Origin: a virus | DNA length: 64,000 nucleotides | Virus record (IMG/VR): IMGVR_UViG_3300037041_001083 | Span: 1-64,000 of that record | Strand: one strand, 5' to 3' | Shown here: positions 27,501 to 37,225 of the stretch, one piece after another | Position numbering within the stretch: the stretch's first letter is position 1 | Layout: the number at the start of each line of letters is the position of its first letter | Translations under genes and position numbers: made by a program | The notes under the pieces: generated by a model | What the model saw: the letters and a program-made list of their open reading frames with translations, nothing else | What the model was told of the DNA's origin: nothing | Database searches by the model: none

Positions 27501-29979
27501 GTATAGCCTTGGTTTGGGCTAAAATCGTGTTTCTGATATTGAATAGTCCACCAATTTGCACATAAGCATTCAGTGAGCAAATCAAGCTGGAGCCATTCCA
27601 GTACCAATCACCACCTTCAATGAGTTTCATCGTCTTATCTTGACGGCAAATCAATGCTTGTAACTTGGCTCGATTACCAAGGGTAACAAATGCTTTTTGA
27701 GCATCATCCTGTGTAGCGGTAAGTATCTCTCCATCGAATTGAGGAGTATCAGTTGTGATTGCGTCGGAAGGATGAGCAGCAGTGTCCGAGCGTCCCAACA
27801 ATGAATTATGAGTTGTTGCAGAAGCAGTATTGGTGGAAGTAAGCGACCTTGAATTTCGCAAGTCAAGTGGTTCAGCTACCAGTTTACAATTTGTTGTTCC
27901 ACCCGAACCTAAGACATATTGGAAAGTCATTCGATATAACGGCTTAAATTCCTGACTTGGCAAGGTTGATAACGAAGGAAATTGTTCTTCTGCCGCAGCA
28001 TTGTAATTTGGATATTCAACCTGTTGTTGAACTAAAATCACTACACCACTATGAAAATTGGACGCAAATGCAAACACATTGAAAAAGTATGTGTCTGTTA
28101 CTGGAGTTTGAACGCCAGTGCTTGGATTGTTTAACTGAGGAACACCAGCTAAATGTTTGATTGGTAATCCAGTCGTGTTCGTATCCCATGTCCACGCCAT
28201 AGTGGTAGGCCGCATGTACAGAATATCGTATTTGGCATTGGATAAGTCTTGGTCAAATTTTTGCGTTGGAGTTACAGTATCGTTTGCTGTTATTTCAATA
28301 TCCTCATCCGCAATCGTGCCACCACCAATTATGACTTTAATTGCAGCATCGGATGCCACGTTTAATGTATAACCAGATTTTGCAAATCCAGAACTATATT
28401 GAGTGCCAATATATTTATGTTTCCAAGTGTGCTCGTAAGCGGTTAATTTAATGGAATGCCTTTCTTCCATTAATTTACCTTTGATACCAACACTATCCCA
28501 TAAAACCGCTGCGACAGGTATGTTTAAATTTCGTGTCCAAACGTATTGTTGTGTAGTTAATATGCCTAGTTCACTTAACCAGAAAAAGTGAATACCATCG
28601 ACATCAGGGTGAGGTAATACTGACGGAGTTGTTTTAGTCTGTAGTTTACCTCCCGATAAATAAACCTCGTAATTTGCAGCAACAGGAGCGATTGTCACTT
28701 CTCTGTTTGTTTGATTATAAGTTAGATTTGATTGTGCCGCATTAACATGTCCAACAGGATCAAAAGTCTTACCATGAACCTGACTTAGTTTACTAAGTGC
28801 AACAGCGTAACTATCAGCAGTATCAAATACTGAGGTATCAGTATATTCTACATAAGAATTTTCACTTACAATAGCCAAACGGTTACGGATTTTTTGCGGT
28901 AAATCCATACCAATATTTGCTACTTCTCCTGAATCTAATTCAGGAATGTCCATCATTCCATAAACTGTTCCACCACGTCGGAAAAACAACACAATAATTC
29001 TTGGTGAATGTCCGGTTGCGAGTGGGCTAACTGGCACATCGGGCAAATACTCGGTGACGACTGCAAGATTTCCGACAGGTGCTCCATCGGGAACTTCAAC
29101 ATACAAACATTGCCCATCGAGGATAGGGTACGATCCAGATGCCACGGTATAAGCCGCTGGCCTCCCAGCAATTTCAAGTTTGATACTAGCTGACCACCCA
29201 AGGGTATTGTCTCCTGCAAGGGCTTGCTCGAATCCGACATCGCCACCTCCAGTTACAAAAAAGTTTTGAAATTCACGGATGCGCTTAATTGTGCTCCAAG
29301 GAACCGCCTCTTGTTCATTTCCCTTCAACTCGGCAATCAATGCCAAAAGGGTATCGAGGTATTCGCGCAAGGTCGTAATGCTGTCGTATTGATCGCCTCT
29401 GTCAGCCGTAGGAAGCAAGGCTGCTGGAGTTGGTCGCCACAAGTGATCCTGAGTCCGAGTAGCTGAAACAACATCGGTAGTATCGGTTACAACAGTCCAC
29501 AGAGGTAAATAATCCGATGACAATGGCGAAGTGCTGGAAATAAATTCTTCTTCAATGAACACCTTAATGTTCATGTCGTCGAAAAACTCCTCGCCTGTCG
29601 TTCCAAGGTCAGTGTTCCAAAATGGACGAGTTTGCAAGTCTCCCTTGGTATATTTAACCCTCACACCAACATAGTTAGTGCTACTTGGAGCCAGTGTTAC
29701 ATCGAAATATGGATAACCAGATGTAGTGGCATTCATGAAAATAAAATCAAAAAGGCTATCGACAAATTTGCGCTCAATATCCCTTCTGACTTTGAAAGTC
29801 AATCCGCTATGAGTGCCTTCCTCATATAATTTCACCAGCTTTTTACCAGTGGCATCAAGGAACACTTGAGTATAAAACTTAAAATCAGCTACAGCCCTAT
29901 CCTTGAGAGTAATAAAATCAGGTAAGTTTACTCGTTCATTACCCTCAAAATTTGCGTGGTATCTATCTAATAAGCCCAT
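24544..29979 (-). CDS. Long tail fibre with C-terminal peptidase S74 chaperone
   Basis: 1811 aa; fibre repeats; SSDIRIKQNI, GFIAQE, LVKAIQEQQ. Confidence 0.9.
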   Translation of the reverse strand: MGLLDRYHANFEGNERVNLPDFITLKDRAVADFKFYTQVFLDATGKKLVKLYEEGTHSGLTFKVRRDIERKFVDSLFDFIFMNATTSGYPYFDVTLAPSSTNYVGVRVKYTKGDLQTRPFWNTDLGTTGEEFFDDMNIKVFIEEEFISSTSPLSSDYLPLWTVVTDTTDVVSATRTQDHLWRPTPAALLPTADRGDQYDSITTLREYLDTLLALIAELKGNEQEAVPWSTIKRIREFQNFFVTGGGDVGFEQALAGDNTLGWSASIKLEIAGRPAAYTVASGSYPILDGQCLYVEVPDGAPVGNLAVVTEYLPDVPVSPLATGHSPRIIVLFFRRGGTVYGMMDIPELDSGEVANIGMDLPQKIRNRLAIVSENSYVEYTDTSVFDTADSYAVALSKLSQVHGKTFDPVGHVNAAQSNLTYNQTNREVTIAPVAANYEVYLSGGKLQTKTTPSVLPHPDVDGIHFFWLSELGILTTQQYVWTRNLNIPVAAVLWDSVGIKGKLMEERHSIKLTAYEHTWKHKYIGTQYSSGFAKSGYTLNVASDAAIKVIIGGGTIADEDIEITANDTVTPTQKFDQDLSNAKYDILYMRPTTMAWTWDTNTTGLPIKHLAGVPQLNNPSTGVQTPVTDTYFFNVFAFASNFHSGVVILVQQQVEYPNYNAAAEEQFPSLSTLPSQEFKPLYRMTFQYVLGSGGTTNCKLVAEPLDLRNSRSLTSTNTASATTHNSLLGRSDTAAHPSDAITTDTPQFDGEILTATQDDAQKAFVTLGNRAKLQALICRQDKTMKLIEGGDWYWNGSSLICSLNAYVQIGGLFNIRNTILAQTKAIPATHVVYVTVNRTGTAAANLTLNTATPETVPTDDTTYIVARRSGNNLLVGNDNLKLVPGQVGMLGAQETLYTEFVAGENLDDLDSVYISPGATDGGRTAGRVYKTDATNEVRSRRFVGFAPKAVVAGSPINIQEYGRLKGFVAAGYTRTAGAEQFLSATTAGKITEVKPAAPNYQVSVGYARDADTMQVIPITSYAYSDTTPLSTTLSTGQIGTSTTLSRSDHRHGIVVQNSNSVTMSVPDANGIKANAVVQNSTTINLAIPDANGIKATLNNTTVTANPYGGAASVATFTVDAQGRLTAAATVAISISPAQAGAEPANANIQTHIGYIANNPHGTTKTHVGLGNVTDNAQVKKIASAVIGNIMTWGAISGDLPADSGILATSVSGHIASTSNPHGTTYSQVGADAAGTAAAAVSAHNVTNRHIDHSTVSISTSTGLSGGGDLTSTRTLSLANTAVTPNPYGSASSVATFTVDQQGRLTAAATVGISITPTQAGLSNVTNNKQVTAIASSVADNIMTWSTTNGTIPKDSGVAISSILTNPMTALGQMIYGGTVVGGKATPMALAAGVAGQVLTSGGTATPVWTSSISLSLLNLTAADTITALTLGQSIFWKDANIHYWDANVVKPSGNRINDAKGAARIQLFDGTAAAGVTIAVAANGTGPITWINAFSCDQTGTCIIGPTAGNVANIIKGAVSVNAFATPTANYYSLREGYALAVAGGSGLGSILPSLIGGLGNNDCAALYGYDGIAFYTHNTLAGFLTSAGALTIGVNASEPLHRFNASGIAIKGNATPPVLDLWYIGTSVRAKSCGIKFGWGGAGTSSDRNAGIYGDSTDAVAAMGLQFYVYPSDALGSRLGGNCSSVGIWHQYNDSPSWLSSSDIRIKQNIKEMNDSLSKICNLRPVHFEYIDKIGKTKTGFIAQEFEKIFPGHVNETMCPKYISSIKPELEGEKIKGIDQDLFPYLVKAIQEQQVIIEKLKESIELLKSA

Positions 29980-29988
29980 ACGTTGCTC

Positions 29989-31365
29989 CTACACAAAGTC
30001 AATTTTAAGTTTGAAACCAGTAACCTTAACTCGCTTTAATACACTCAAAAACTGATCTCTTAAAGAATCCGAATCCACCAAGTAAAAAGGCCAATCTTCC
30101 CCTGTTTTTGTCACCGTAGGCTTCATCGACATCAGGTTGACAGGCTCATCAATCGCATGATCGAACTTAAACACATAGTCAGGATCAATCATCAGGATAG
30201 AGTTGTTTCCCAGTGCTCGCCCACGACAAGGTATCATTTCTTCGTTGTCACGACTAAAATTCAGTTTAACAACACAATTCACCGGATCAAAGTCAGCTCC
30301 ATTGAAAACATCAATCGAGGCTGCGGAACTGCCAGCAGAAATTGTAGCATCAAGCTTTGTTTTAATATTACGATGAATGATAGGCACAAAAACAGGCTCA
30401 CCTGAACTATGTGCATATTGGGTTACTCCAGCTAAGAGCATAATATTTCCTGATAATGTATATGCCTTAACATCATATTCTGTCGTTAAAGTATCGCCAA
30501 TTACCACGATTCCGGTAGTTGGAAAAAACTCGCTAAGGTAACTGAGTTCAATCGAAGTTACTCCTGCCGAATAGGAGCCTAATACAGTGCTATCTTTCCT
30601 TACATCATAAAGGTATCCACTTGGGTAATCATCGCATTTGAGTGGCCCTGTAAGTGGTTTGCCAGCATTGAAAGCATAGAAGGTCGGGCTTTGAAAAGTT
30701 ACCAAATTTCCAACTCTGGTAAATCCTTTTATTTCATATTCGGTATCCGAAGGATCGCCAACTTCCATAATTCCACTGTCAGGACATCCAACTGGTACGG
30801 ACGACATCAATAAAGTGGAACTCTCACGAGGAACATAATTTAAAATAGTTCCTTCCCACGGAGTCCATTTCTGACCTGTATATGGAACATCCACTGTGCG
30901 ATGAATATAACTCGAACCATAAAGGTCACGACTGGAGGCAATAATCATTGCTGTTTTTGAGATTCTTACAACAACTTCATGCGGCCTATACATGTAAACA
31001 TCAGCATATCCACGCTCAAAAACTCGATCACCAAAAAATATTTTAAGCAAACGCTCAAAACAATATTCAATATTTTTTTTGCCATTTGCTACAGTCTTTA
31101 TCAATTTCCTGTAAATAGGATCAGTCATTTTGGAACCACGAGGCTTAAACACATCGAGGTTAGCTCCCCACACTTCCAAGTGAACTCGCACCGCAGAGGA
31201 AAGCTGGAATTGAAGCTTTGCGTTTTGTATATCCTCGGCTGATATGTTTAATTGGTCGCCAAATATGTCAAGGATAAGACCAAGATTAGTTCCATCCTGA
31301 GTATTAAAAGCTGGCGCAGGAAAATATCGTTTCAACTCCGTTTTTACATCCGAAAAGTCAGACAT
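29989..31365 (-). CDS. Baseplate wedge protein
   Basis: HLEVWG..L...PR..MTD..YRK pattern; between baseplate J and the fibre. Confidence 0.7.
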   Translation of the reverse strand: MSDFSDVKTELKRYFPAPAFNTQDGTNLGLILDIFGDQLNISAEDIQNAKLQFQLSSAVRVHLEVWGANLDVFKPRGSKMTDPIYRKLIKTVANGKKNIEYCFERLLKIFFGDRVFERGYADVYMYRPHEVVVRISKTAMIIASSRDLYGSSYIHRTVDVPYTGQKWTPWEGTILNYVPRESSTLLMSSVPVGCPDSGIMEVGDPSDTEYEIKGFTRVGNLVTFQSPTFYAFNAGKPLTGPLKCDDYPSGYLYDVRKDSTVLGSYSAGVTSIELSYLSEFFPTTGIVVIGDTLTTEYDVKAYTLSGNIMLLAGVTQYAHSSGEPVFVPIIHRNIKTKLDATISAGSSAASIDVFNGADFDPVNCVVKLNFSRDNEEMIPCRGRALGNNSILMIDPDYVFKFDHAIDEPVNLMSMKPTVTKTGEDWPFYLVDSDSLRDQFLSVLKRVKVTGFKLKIDFV

Positions 31366-31374
31366 ATAATCCCC

Positions 31375-33009
31375 TTACGTTATATTGATATTTCCTGAGT
31401 TAATACGAGCTAAATAACCGTCAGCTATTATCACATTGTCTGATGGTGTTGATATTGTTACTTCACGCACACCACGCACAAAACAAAGTGATAATATTTT
31501 GTGTTGAACAACACTATTTCCAATACCAAGACCGTTTATATAACTGAGGATGCTTTGCGTAATTTCAGTGACTACTTCTTCCTGTGGACGCAAGCCATCC
31601 AGCGTAATATTTCCAACAACATTGATATAATTTACCAATGGATTGCGAACCTGCACCCAACCGCCCAAACCTACAGCACCCGGCCAAGCATCTCTATTGT
31701 CACGGTCGCCATATATCGCCTTATTAACTCCAGCAATTAATCCTGTGTAATACCTGATTGCGGTTATCTCTAGGTGATCGTTAGGCTCCAATGGTGAGTT
31801 TAAGCGGATGCATCCATAGTCAGGTGCAACCTGATATTCTTCTGCTGCTGTTCCTTGCACCATCGGAACACTATTTTTTTCAATAGTGATATTTGAAAAC
31901 ACATATGCAGCATTTTCCACCGGAGTACACACGATTGGTGTTTTGGCTCTTGGTACAAAAAAGTGATCCTCACCACCAATAGCTGAATCAATCAATAATA
32001 TAGGTGATGCTAAATCCTCTTGCGTTGGAGTAAATGCAGCCCCGTCATCAATATAAAGCATCGACGGTAAAGTAGGCGAAGGGTCTTCAACAACTTGTGC
32101 GAATACTGCCTTTTGTCCTTCATTGTTTACAATGTAAGTTTGCTCATAAATAGCATCCACTGTTGCTGTACTTAATGACTGTCTGTGCCGCCTTATCCTT
32201 GCTCGAACCTCAACATCGCTTTCAACTGAACGAGCATTAGATAGTGCTGAATCATTGTAAGTTTTTGATGTCGTAAAAGGTGCTGTACCAATGAAATCAA
32301 GGATTGTCTGGCTTGGAGTATTACCGGATGGGCCACCTACTTGTGCCGTAATATCCATTGTTCCAAGCTTCTCTCCATCATAAATAACCAATGGAGTAAC
32401 TGAGGTGTACAATTTTTTTGCACTACTACTGGAGGCTCTTGTTGCTACTGTAAACGGCCCCGGATAAGTCCTATCACCAACCGTAACCAACACAATCGTT
32501 TCACTCGCTGCATGGTCATATTGCAGCGCAGAGGTAGGATTGAATTGAATTGAAGTTTTACTGGTGTAAGTAACGTATTCAAAATTTATTGAGCCACGAG
32601 TTCCGATTATCAAAGTTCCAGAAGCAGGAAAACCCGCTGTGCTTGAAGCATTTATAAATTGTTGTCCAGTTATCGCACCACCAGCCGAAATAACCGTGGA
32701 CACCTTTGTAAGTGCCGTATCCTCGACTGTCTGCGCTCCTGTTGCATATGTTGCTTGGAACCTTGGGAGCATATCAGGATATTCGCTTATGGCTTTATCA
32801 AGCTGACTTCCACTCATTGTTTCCAAGTTTAATAATGAAAGAGCATTAATAGCTTCCTGATATAAAACGTACATTTGATCCGCTATCGCTACTGCCATGT
32901 TATCCAGCACTGTACCTAACTCCGAACTCGTGAGAGTAGACATTGCTTTCATGGTTGTTGTTATATCTAAATACATTTCCGACCGAGTTCTTGGTATAAA
33001 TGCTGGCAT
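31375..33009 (-). CDS. Baseplate J-like protein
   Basis: G.QLD, ATYATG, G..GN, ESD.EVRARI, YINGLGIG. Confidence 0.88.
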   Translation of the reverse strand: MPAFIPRTRSEMYLDITTTMKAMSTLTSSELGTVLDNMAVAIADQMYVLYQEAINALSLLNLETMSGSQLDKAISEYPDMLPRFQATYATGAQTVEDTALTKVSTVISAGGAITGQQFINASSTAGFPASGTLIIGTRGSINFEYVTYTSKTSIQFNPTSALQYDHAASETIVLVTVGDRTYPGPFTVATRASSSSAKKLYTSVTPLVIYDGEKLGTMDITAQVGGPSGNTPSQTILDFIGTAPFTTSKTYNDSALSNARSVESDVEVRARIRRHRQSLSTATVDAIYEQTYIVNNEGQKAVFAQVVEDPSPTLPSMLYIDDGAAFTPTQEDLASPILLIDSAIGGEDHFFVPRAKTPIVCTPVENAAYVFSNITIEKNSVPMVQGTAAEEYQVAPDYGCIRLNSPLEPNDHLEITAIRYYTGLIAGVNKAIYGDRDNRDAWPGAVGLGGWVQVRNPLVNYINVVGNITLDGLRPQEEVVTEITQSILSYINGLGIGNSVVQHKILSLCFVRGVREVTISTPSDNVIIADGYLARINSGNINIT

Positions 33010-33010
33010 A

Positions 33011-35257
33011 TCACACCCTGCTGGTTATGACGATAGGATCGTCGTAGTTACGAACAAATACTGCAATTTTTATAAGCAAGTCTTGAGCTATTTTTTGAAC
33101 ACTTAATGTTTGCACACTTCGTATCCTAACGTCATCCGAAAATAAATCACTAATTTCAGCTTGCAATATCGGCAAAACAATATCTCTGCTTATTCCATTG
33201 TATTCACTTATTCCCTTGCTGATAGCTCGTCGCCAGTGACCACGTTTCATGCTGATTAATGTTTGTAAAAACTGAGACATGTTATCCTTGCCGTAAGCAA
33301 GTGATACATCATTAGCTCCAAATACAATGTCTCTACTAACAGGGTCTAGCAAAATATCGTTACCTAATGCACGTTCCTGTGGAGTAAGTATTACTGAAAC
33401 ATCATTTTCATTTCGCCATTTTATAACTGATACTGGCTTAGAAGATTGCTTAGGTGTTGGAAATAAAATCGAATCACCAAATGCTATTACATTTTTCAAT
33501 CCATTTGCAGCAATATATTCCTTGGTAGCAAGGTATGGATACTCAAGATTGTTAAGTAAAATCAAATCAACAAATCGAGCAGGATCACCAAGCAGTTTTT
33601 TCGCAACAGTTTGAATACTATCACCAGCAGCAACCGTTGCTACACGGTAATCAGCATTGGCAGAATCAATATTTTTTAACGATGCTTTAAAATCATCCTT
33701 CCATAGTGCCGCTGAGATCGTAGACTGAGTGCTCGGTGGAAGTAACGATGAACCTGCAAAATCCTGCCCGGGAGTATTGGAAGAACTAAAGTTTGCCACT
33801 TTCCCAAGCGCACTATTTCCGGGCGTAACCGATGTTTTTGAATTGTCGATTGCTTGCAATACTGACCTACTGATTGAACCCTCAAGCGCAGAGATTCGTG
33901 ATTCAAGTCCAGCAAATTTTTTACTTGTCAAACCGTCAATTTCGTCCTTGGCTTTTTGAGCTGCTACCGTAGTCGCATCAACACCTGTTTGCGAACTTCC
34001 AGAGCCTACCAGCGTTGATCCCGTACCGGATGCTGGCAAGGTCGCATTCTTCATTCCATCACGATTGGAACCAAGCATTTTTTCAATCGCTGGTGGTTTG
34101 GATGCTGCACCCTTTTTGATTCCTTCAATCCAGCTAACAGCCGTACCTTGTGGATCAGAAAATATAGCCATTGCATCACTAGCTGCTTTTTCAATCATAA
34201 GTGCTTTATTGTTTGGCTTAGGCTCAAAAAACTTATCAATAAGCAACACTCGTTCCACAGCCTTTTCAGCGAGAAATACTGCAAAAACTACACCATTAGG
34301 AGCACCCAGTCTCTCAAGTGTAAATGCAGTTGCTCGCAAATTATTTACCAGTGATTTGACGACATCTCGTGTAAAATGCTGCAAACTTGTACCAAATATT
34401 TGACCTGTTTTTATATCAGCCAAAATATTTCCAAGCTGCAATAATGGACGAAATACTGTGTCGAGAAAGTCAGCATACAATGCAGTTATTTGTCCAATGA
34501 GCGAGTTTATCCTGTCGATTGTTTCAGCTACCATTTGGACAATATCAAGAACAGAACGAAGTCCGGGAACCGAGTCAATTAAAGCCTCAAGTAAACCCTT
34601 TGCATCCTTACCATCATAAGGGTACAGAGCTTCCAATGTTATGTTGTAGGTAAAATTAAATCTATGCTCAATCGCATCCTCTGACCAGAATTGTTTTGGT
34701 TCAACAACCCAAGCCTCCTGACGCTTAACTGAAACATAAATCAAGGATAAATCCTGTTTGTAATTTCCAAACCTTTTTAAATAAGCATATCGCCTAAATA
34801 CATTTTGAAGAAACTTAAATCCCTCAAGTCCTGAGCCAACACCGCTGGAAGGTAATTTTGCCCCTTCTTGATTAGGATATAAGCCACATGTTCCTTGTAT
34901 TTGAATTTCCTTGCTGGGTGATCCTTCACTCTGAATTAACTTTCCACCACCTTGAGTTGGTGTAATAGTCATTGCATGAGGTTCAATTACCACTTCCCTT
35001 TGTGGAGCAATTAAAAAAGGAATTTTGTAAGACAGTCCACCACTTTTAAGGATGAACGCATAGTCCTCTGAACGTGATTTTATTCCATGCCACTTCGACC
35101 TATCAACTTTGTTTTCCGAAAATTGCTTTATATCCGATTCCTGCTCGTATAATTTTGACCATTTATCCACTAATAAATCAGTCAATAGCGTTTGGACAAG
35201 TGCTAGAGATGACTCATTCACCGCATCATCAACACCTGTTTCAAAACTTAAAGCCAT
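33011..35257 (-). CDS. Baseplate protein with LysM-like and gp25-like domains
   Basis: GDSIQTVA...LGD...LILLNNLEYPY; C-terminal D.RIRSV. Confidence 0.7.
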   Translation of the reverse strand: MALSFETGVDDAVNESSLALVQTLLTDLLVDKWSKLYEQESDIKQFSENKVDRSKWHGIKSRSEDYAFILKSGGLSYKIPFLIAPQREVVIEPHAMTITPTQGGGKLIQSEGSPSKEIQIQGTCGLYPNQEGAKLPSSGVGSGLEGFKFLQNVFRRYAYLKRFGNYKQDLSLIYVSVKRQEAWVVEPKQFWSEDAIEHRFNFTYNITLEALYPYDGKDAKGLLEALIDSVPGLRSVLDIVQMVAETIDRINSLIGQITALYADFLDTVFRPLLQLGNILADIKTGQIFGTSLQHFTRDVVKSLVNNLRATAFTLERLGAPNGVVFAVFLAEKAVERVLLIDKFFEPKPNNKALMIEKAASDAMAIFSDPQGTAVSWIEGIKKGAASKPPAIEKMLGSNRDGMKNATLPASGTGSTLVGSGSSQTGVDATTVAAQKAKDEIDGLTSKKFAGLESRISALEGSISRSVLQAIDNSKTSVTPGNSALGKVANFSSSNTPGQDFAGSSLLPPSTQSTISAALWKDDFKASLKNIDSANADYRVATVAAGDSIQTVAKKLLGDPARFVDLILLNNLEYPYLATKEYIAANGLKNVIAFGDSILFPTPKQSSKPVSVIKWRNENDVSVILTPQERALGNDILLDPVSRDIVFGANDVSLAYGKDNMSQFLQTLISMKRGHWRRAISKGISEYNGISRDIVLPILQAEISDLFSDDVRIRSVQTLSVQKIAQDLLIKIAVFVRNYDDPIVITSRV

Positions 35258-35275
35258 GAGTAACCTCCGCTATTT

Positions 35276-36079
35276 TCAAATTAAAGCCCCAGTACCAGTA
35301 CCAGTTATTATAGGAGAAGCAGATGTTGTAACGCCATCTCCACCGGGATATGGAGGTGCTGGAGGAGTAATTGTTGCCAATCCACCCCCAGCAGTACCCA
35401 TGTCTGTAGTAGTAATTGCCGCTGTTTTAGCAAACGCAATTACCGCATCCGCTATTTTCCCAGCAGCAACATCCGCTGTATTTCCTGATGATAAGTCACT
35501 AAATATAGCCTCGATAGCCGAAGACAAATCACCTTCCACCAATCCGCTACCTGAATCACTTTCAATGCTACCAGTACCAGTACCCGACCACGAACCAGTG
35601 CCTACCGTTCCTGTTACTGGAGGAACAAGAGGTGCAACTGGAGCACCCGGCAAAAACACACCCGTTACCTGCGTCATTACTTTGGCCTCACTGTAAAGAG
35701 TAACCAAATAATCAGCCCAGTCACCAGCCGCTATGTCGAATGAGTCAGCATAATTTTTAAATAAAGCCTTCATATCATCAACAAATGCACTTCGAGAAGA
35801 ATCTAATCCTGCGCCCGAACTTGACTTGTCTAGGCCACCTGTTCCCGTTCCTGATATGGTTCCGGGAGTTGTAGTTAAAAAAACCGCAACTGTTTGTCCT
35901 GCCGCTGCTTCTCCTGTGTCCATTGTTTGAGGAACACCAGCTATGAGCAAGGTGTGAATTGCTGCTGCAACTTGTTGCGCTTTATCCGCTGCTGTTGGGT
36001 AAGGTTCTCCTGTTCCCAAATCACTAAATATTGAGTTTAATGTTGCTTTAAATGATATTTTTGCAACCGCTAATGGCAT
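35276..36079 (-). CDS. Virion protein with internal repeats
   Basis: Repeated IFSDL...TA...A.AI and GTGTG units; follows the spike gene. Confidence 0.65.
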   Translation of the reverse strand: MPLAVAKISFKATLNSIFSDLGTGEPYPTAADKAQQVAAAIHTLLIAGVPQTMDTGEAAAGQTVAVFLTTTPGTISGTGTGGLDKSSSGAGLDSSRSAFVDDMKALFKNYADSFDIAAGDWADYLVTLYSEAKVMTQVTGVFLPGAPVAPLVPPVTGTVGTGSWSGTGTGSIESDSGSGLVEGDLSSAIEAIFSDLSSGNTADVAAGKIADAVIAFAKTAAITTTDMGTAGGGLATITPPAPPYPGGDGVTTSASPIITGTGTGALI

Positions 36080-36082
36080 TTT

Positions 36083-37225
36083 TTATCCTGTCGTAACTAT
36101 TGTTGACAAATGAGTTCCGGGCGCAGCATCCATTGGCACAATCGGAGGGCCAGATGGCCCGACACCTGTGGGGTGCGTATGAGCATCGTAGAGACTTTTA
36201 AACGCTGTTCCCTTTATCACGGCTTCTGTAGCTCCTTCGCTTAATTCAATCGCTGGTGCGTCGATAACCGCCTTTGTGTTTGCCTTCACTGTAGCATTTT
36301 CACTCTCCACTTTAACATCACCAGTAACCGTGATGGTTGCATCCTTGGTTACATTGATGATTGCATTTTCAGTAACCGTGATAGTGAAGTCCTTTATGGT
36401 GCTAATAGTTATTCCTGTTGGAGATAACTCGATAATATTTTCACCATCAGGATTTTGACTCGTTATTTTTGTTGAATGAGCTGTACCGTCAATTTCAACC
36501 ATTTGCTTTTTCTGGTCGCTGGTATTGTCCGTTACTGTTGCAGTTATTTTTGGAGCATCCTTCGTGTTATCAATCACCAACTCAACACTTTGTTTTTGAT
36601 CTTCTGATACGTCAAAGTCGTCCTTTTCAGCAAACAACTTGACTGTTATTTTTTTGTTGGCTTCGGTTTTTTCATAAGTCTTGGTGCTTTTAAATTCTAA
36701 ATTACCATCCTTATCAATGTACATTTCCATGCCATTCATGCGGATACGGTAGTGATCGCCTTTTTCCTCTCCATAGCGAGGATATGGAGCAATATCACCA
36801 TCAGCACGAGTATGATAACTAGGCAATGTCTTTATTATCATTGGAAATTGAACGTTGGCATTTATGAATACAATCAAAACTGCATCGCCATCATCCTTAG
36901 TAGTATCCAATATCAAATCATTTGCGGCTTCTGGCTCCTCACCCTTTTTATGTACTCGCTGTTTAAGCCCCTTTGGTCGATAATCAATAAAATTATCAAC
37001 ACTAGATTTCTCTTGTGCAAAAGGAACTTGAAATAAATCAATTCCAAATGCAGGAATATTAACATCACAAAATACGGATATACCTGTACTATCTTTAGAA
37101 TCTAAATGATAAACTTTCCTTATTATTCCTACTACTGGATAAGGTATGTAATGAGGATCAAAGCCTCTCTGCTTAAATTTAAGCCCACCTTGAACAACAG
37201 TTCCATCACTTAATGTTTTACTCAT
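36083..37225 (-). CDS. Baseplate central spike (gp5/gpV-like)
   Basis: OB fold (GDAVLIVFI), beta-helix repeats, apical HTH-PTGVGPSGPP. Confidence 0.85.
   Translation of the reverse strand: MSKTLSDGTVVQGGLKFKQRGFDPHYIPYPVVGIIRKVYHLDSKDSTGISVFCDVNIPAFGIDLFQVPFAQEKSSVDNFIDYRPKGLKQRVHKKGEEPEAANDLILDTTKDDGDAVLIVFINANVQFPMIIKTLPSYHTRADGDIAPYPRYGEEKGDHYRIRMNGMEMYIDKDGNLEFKSTKTYEKTEANKKITVKLFAEKDDFDVSEDQKQSVELVIDNTKDAPKITATVTDNTSDQKKQMVEIDGTAHSTKITSQNPDGENIIELSPTGITISTIKDFTITVTENAIINVTKDATITVTGDVKVESENATVKANTKAVIDAPAIELSEGATEAVIKGTAFKSLYDAHTHPTGVGPSGPPIVPMDAAPGTHLSTIVTTG

Noticed and set aside
24544-29979. Diversity-generating retroelement targeting the tail fibre
   Set aside because: No reverse transcriptase and no adenine-specific template/variable repeat pair seen in the window
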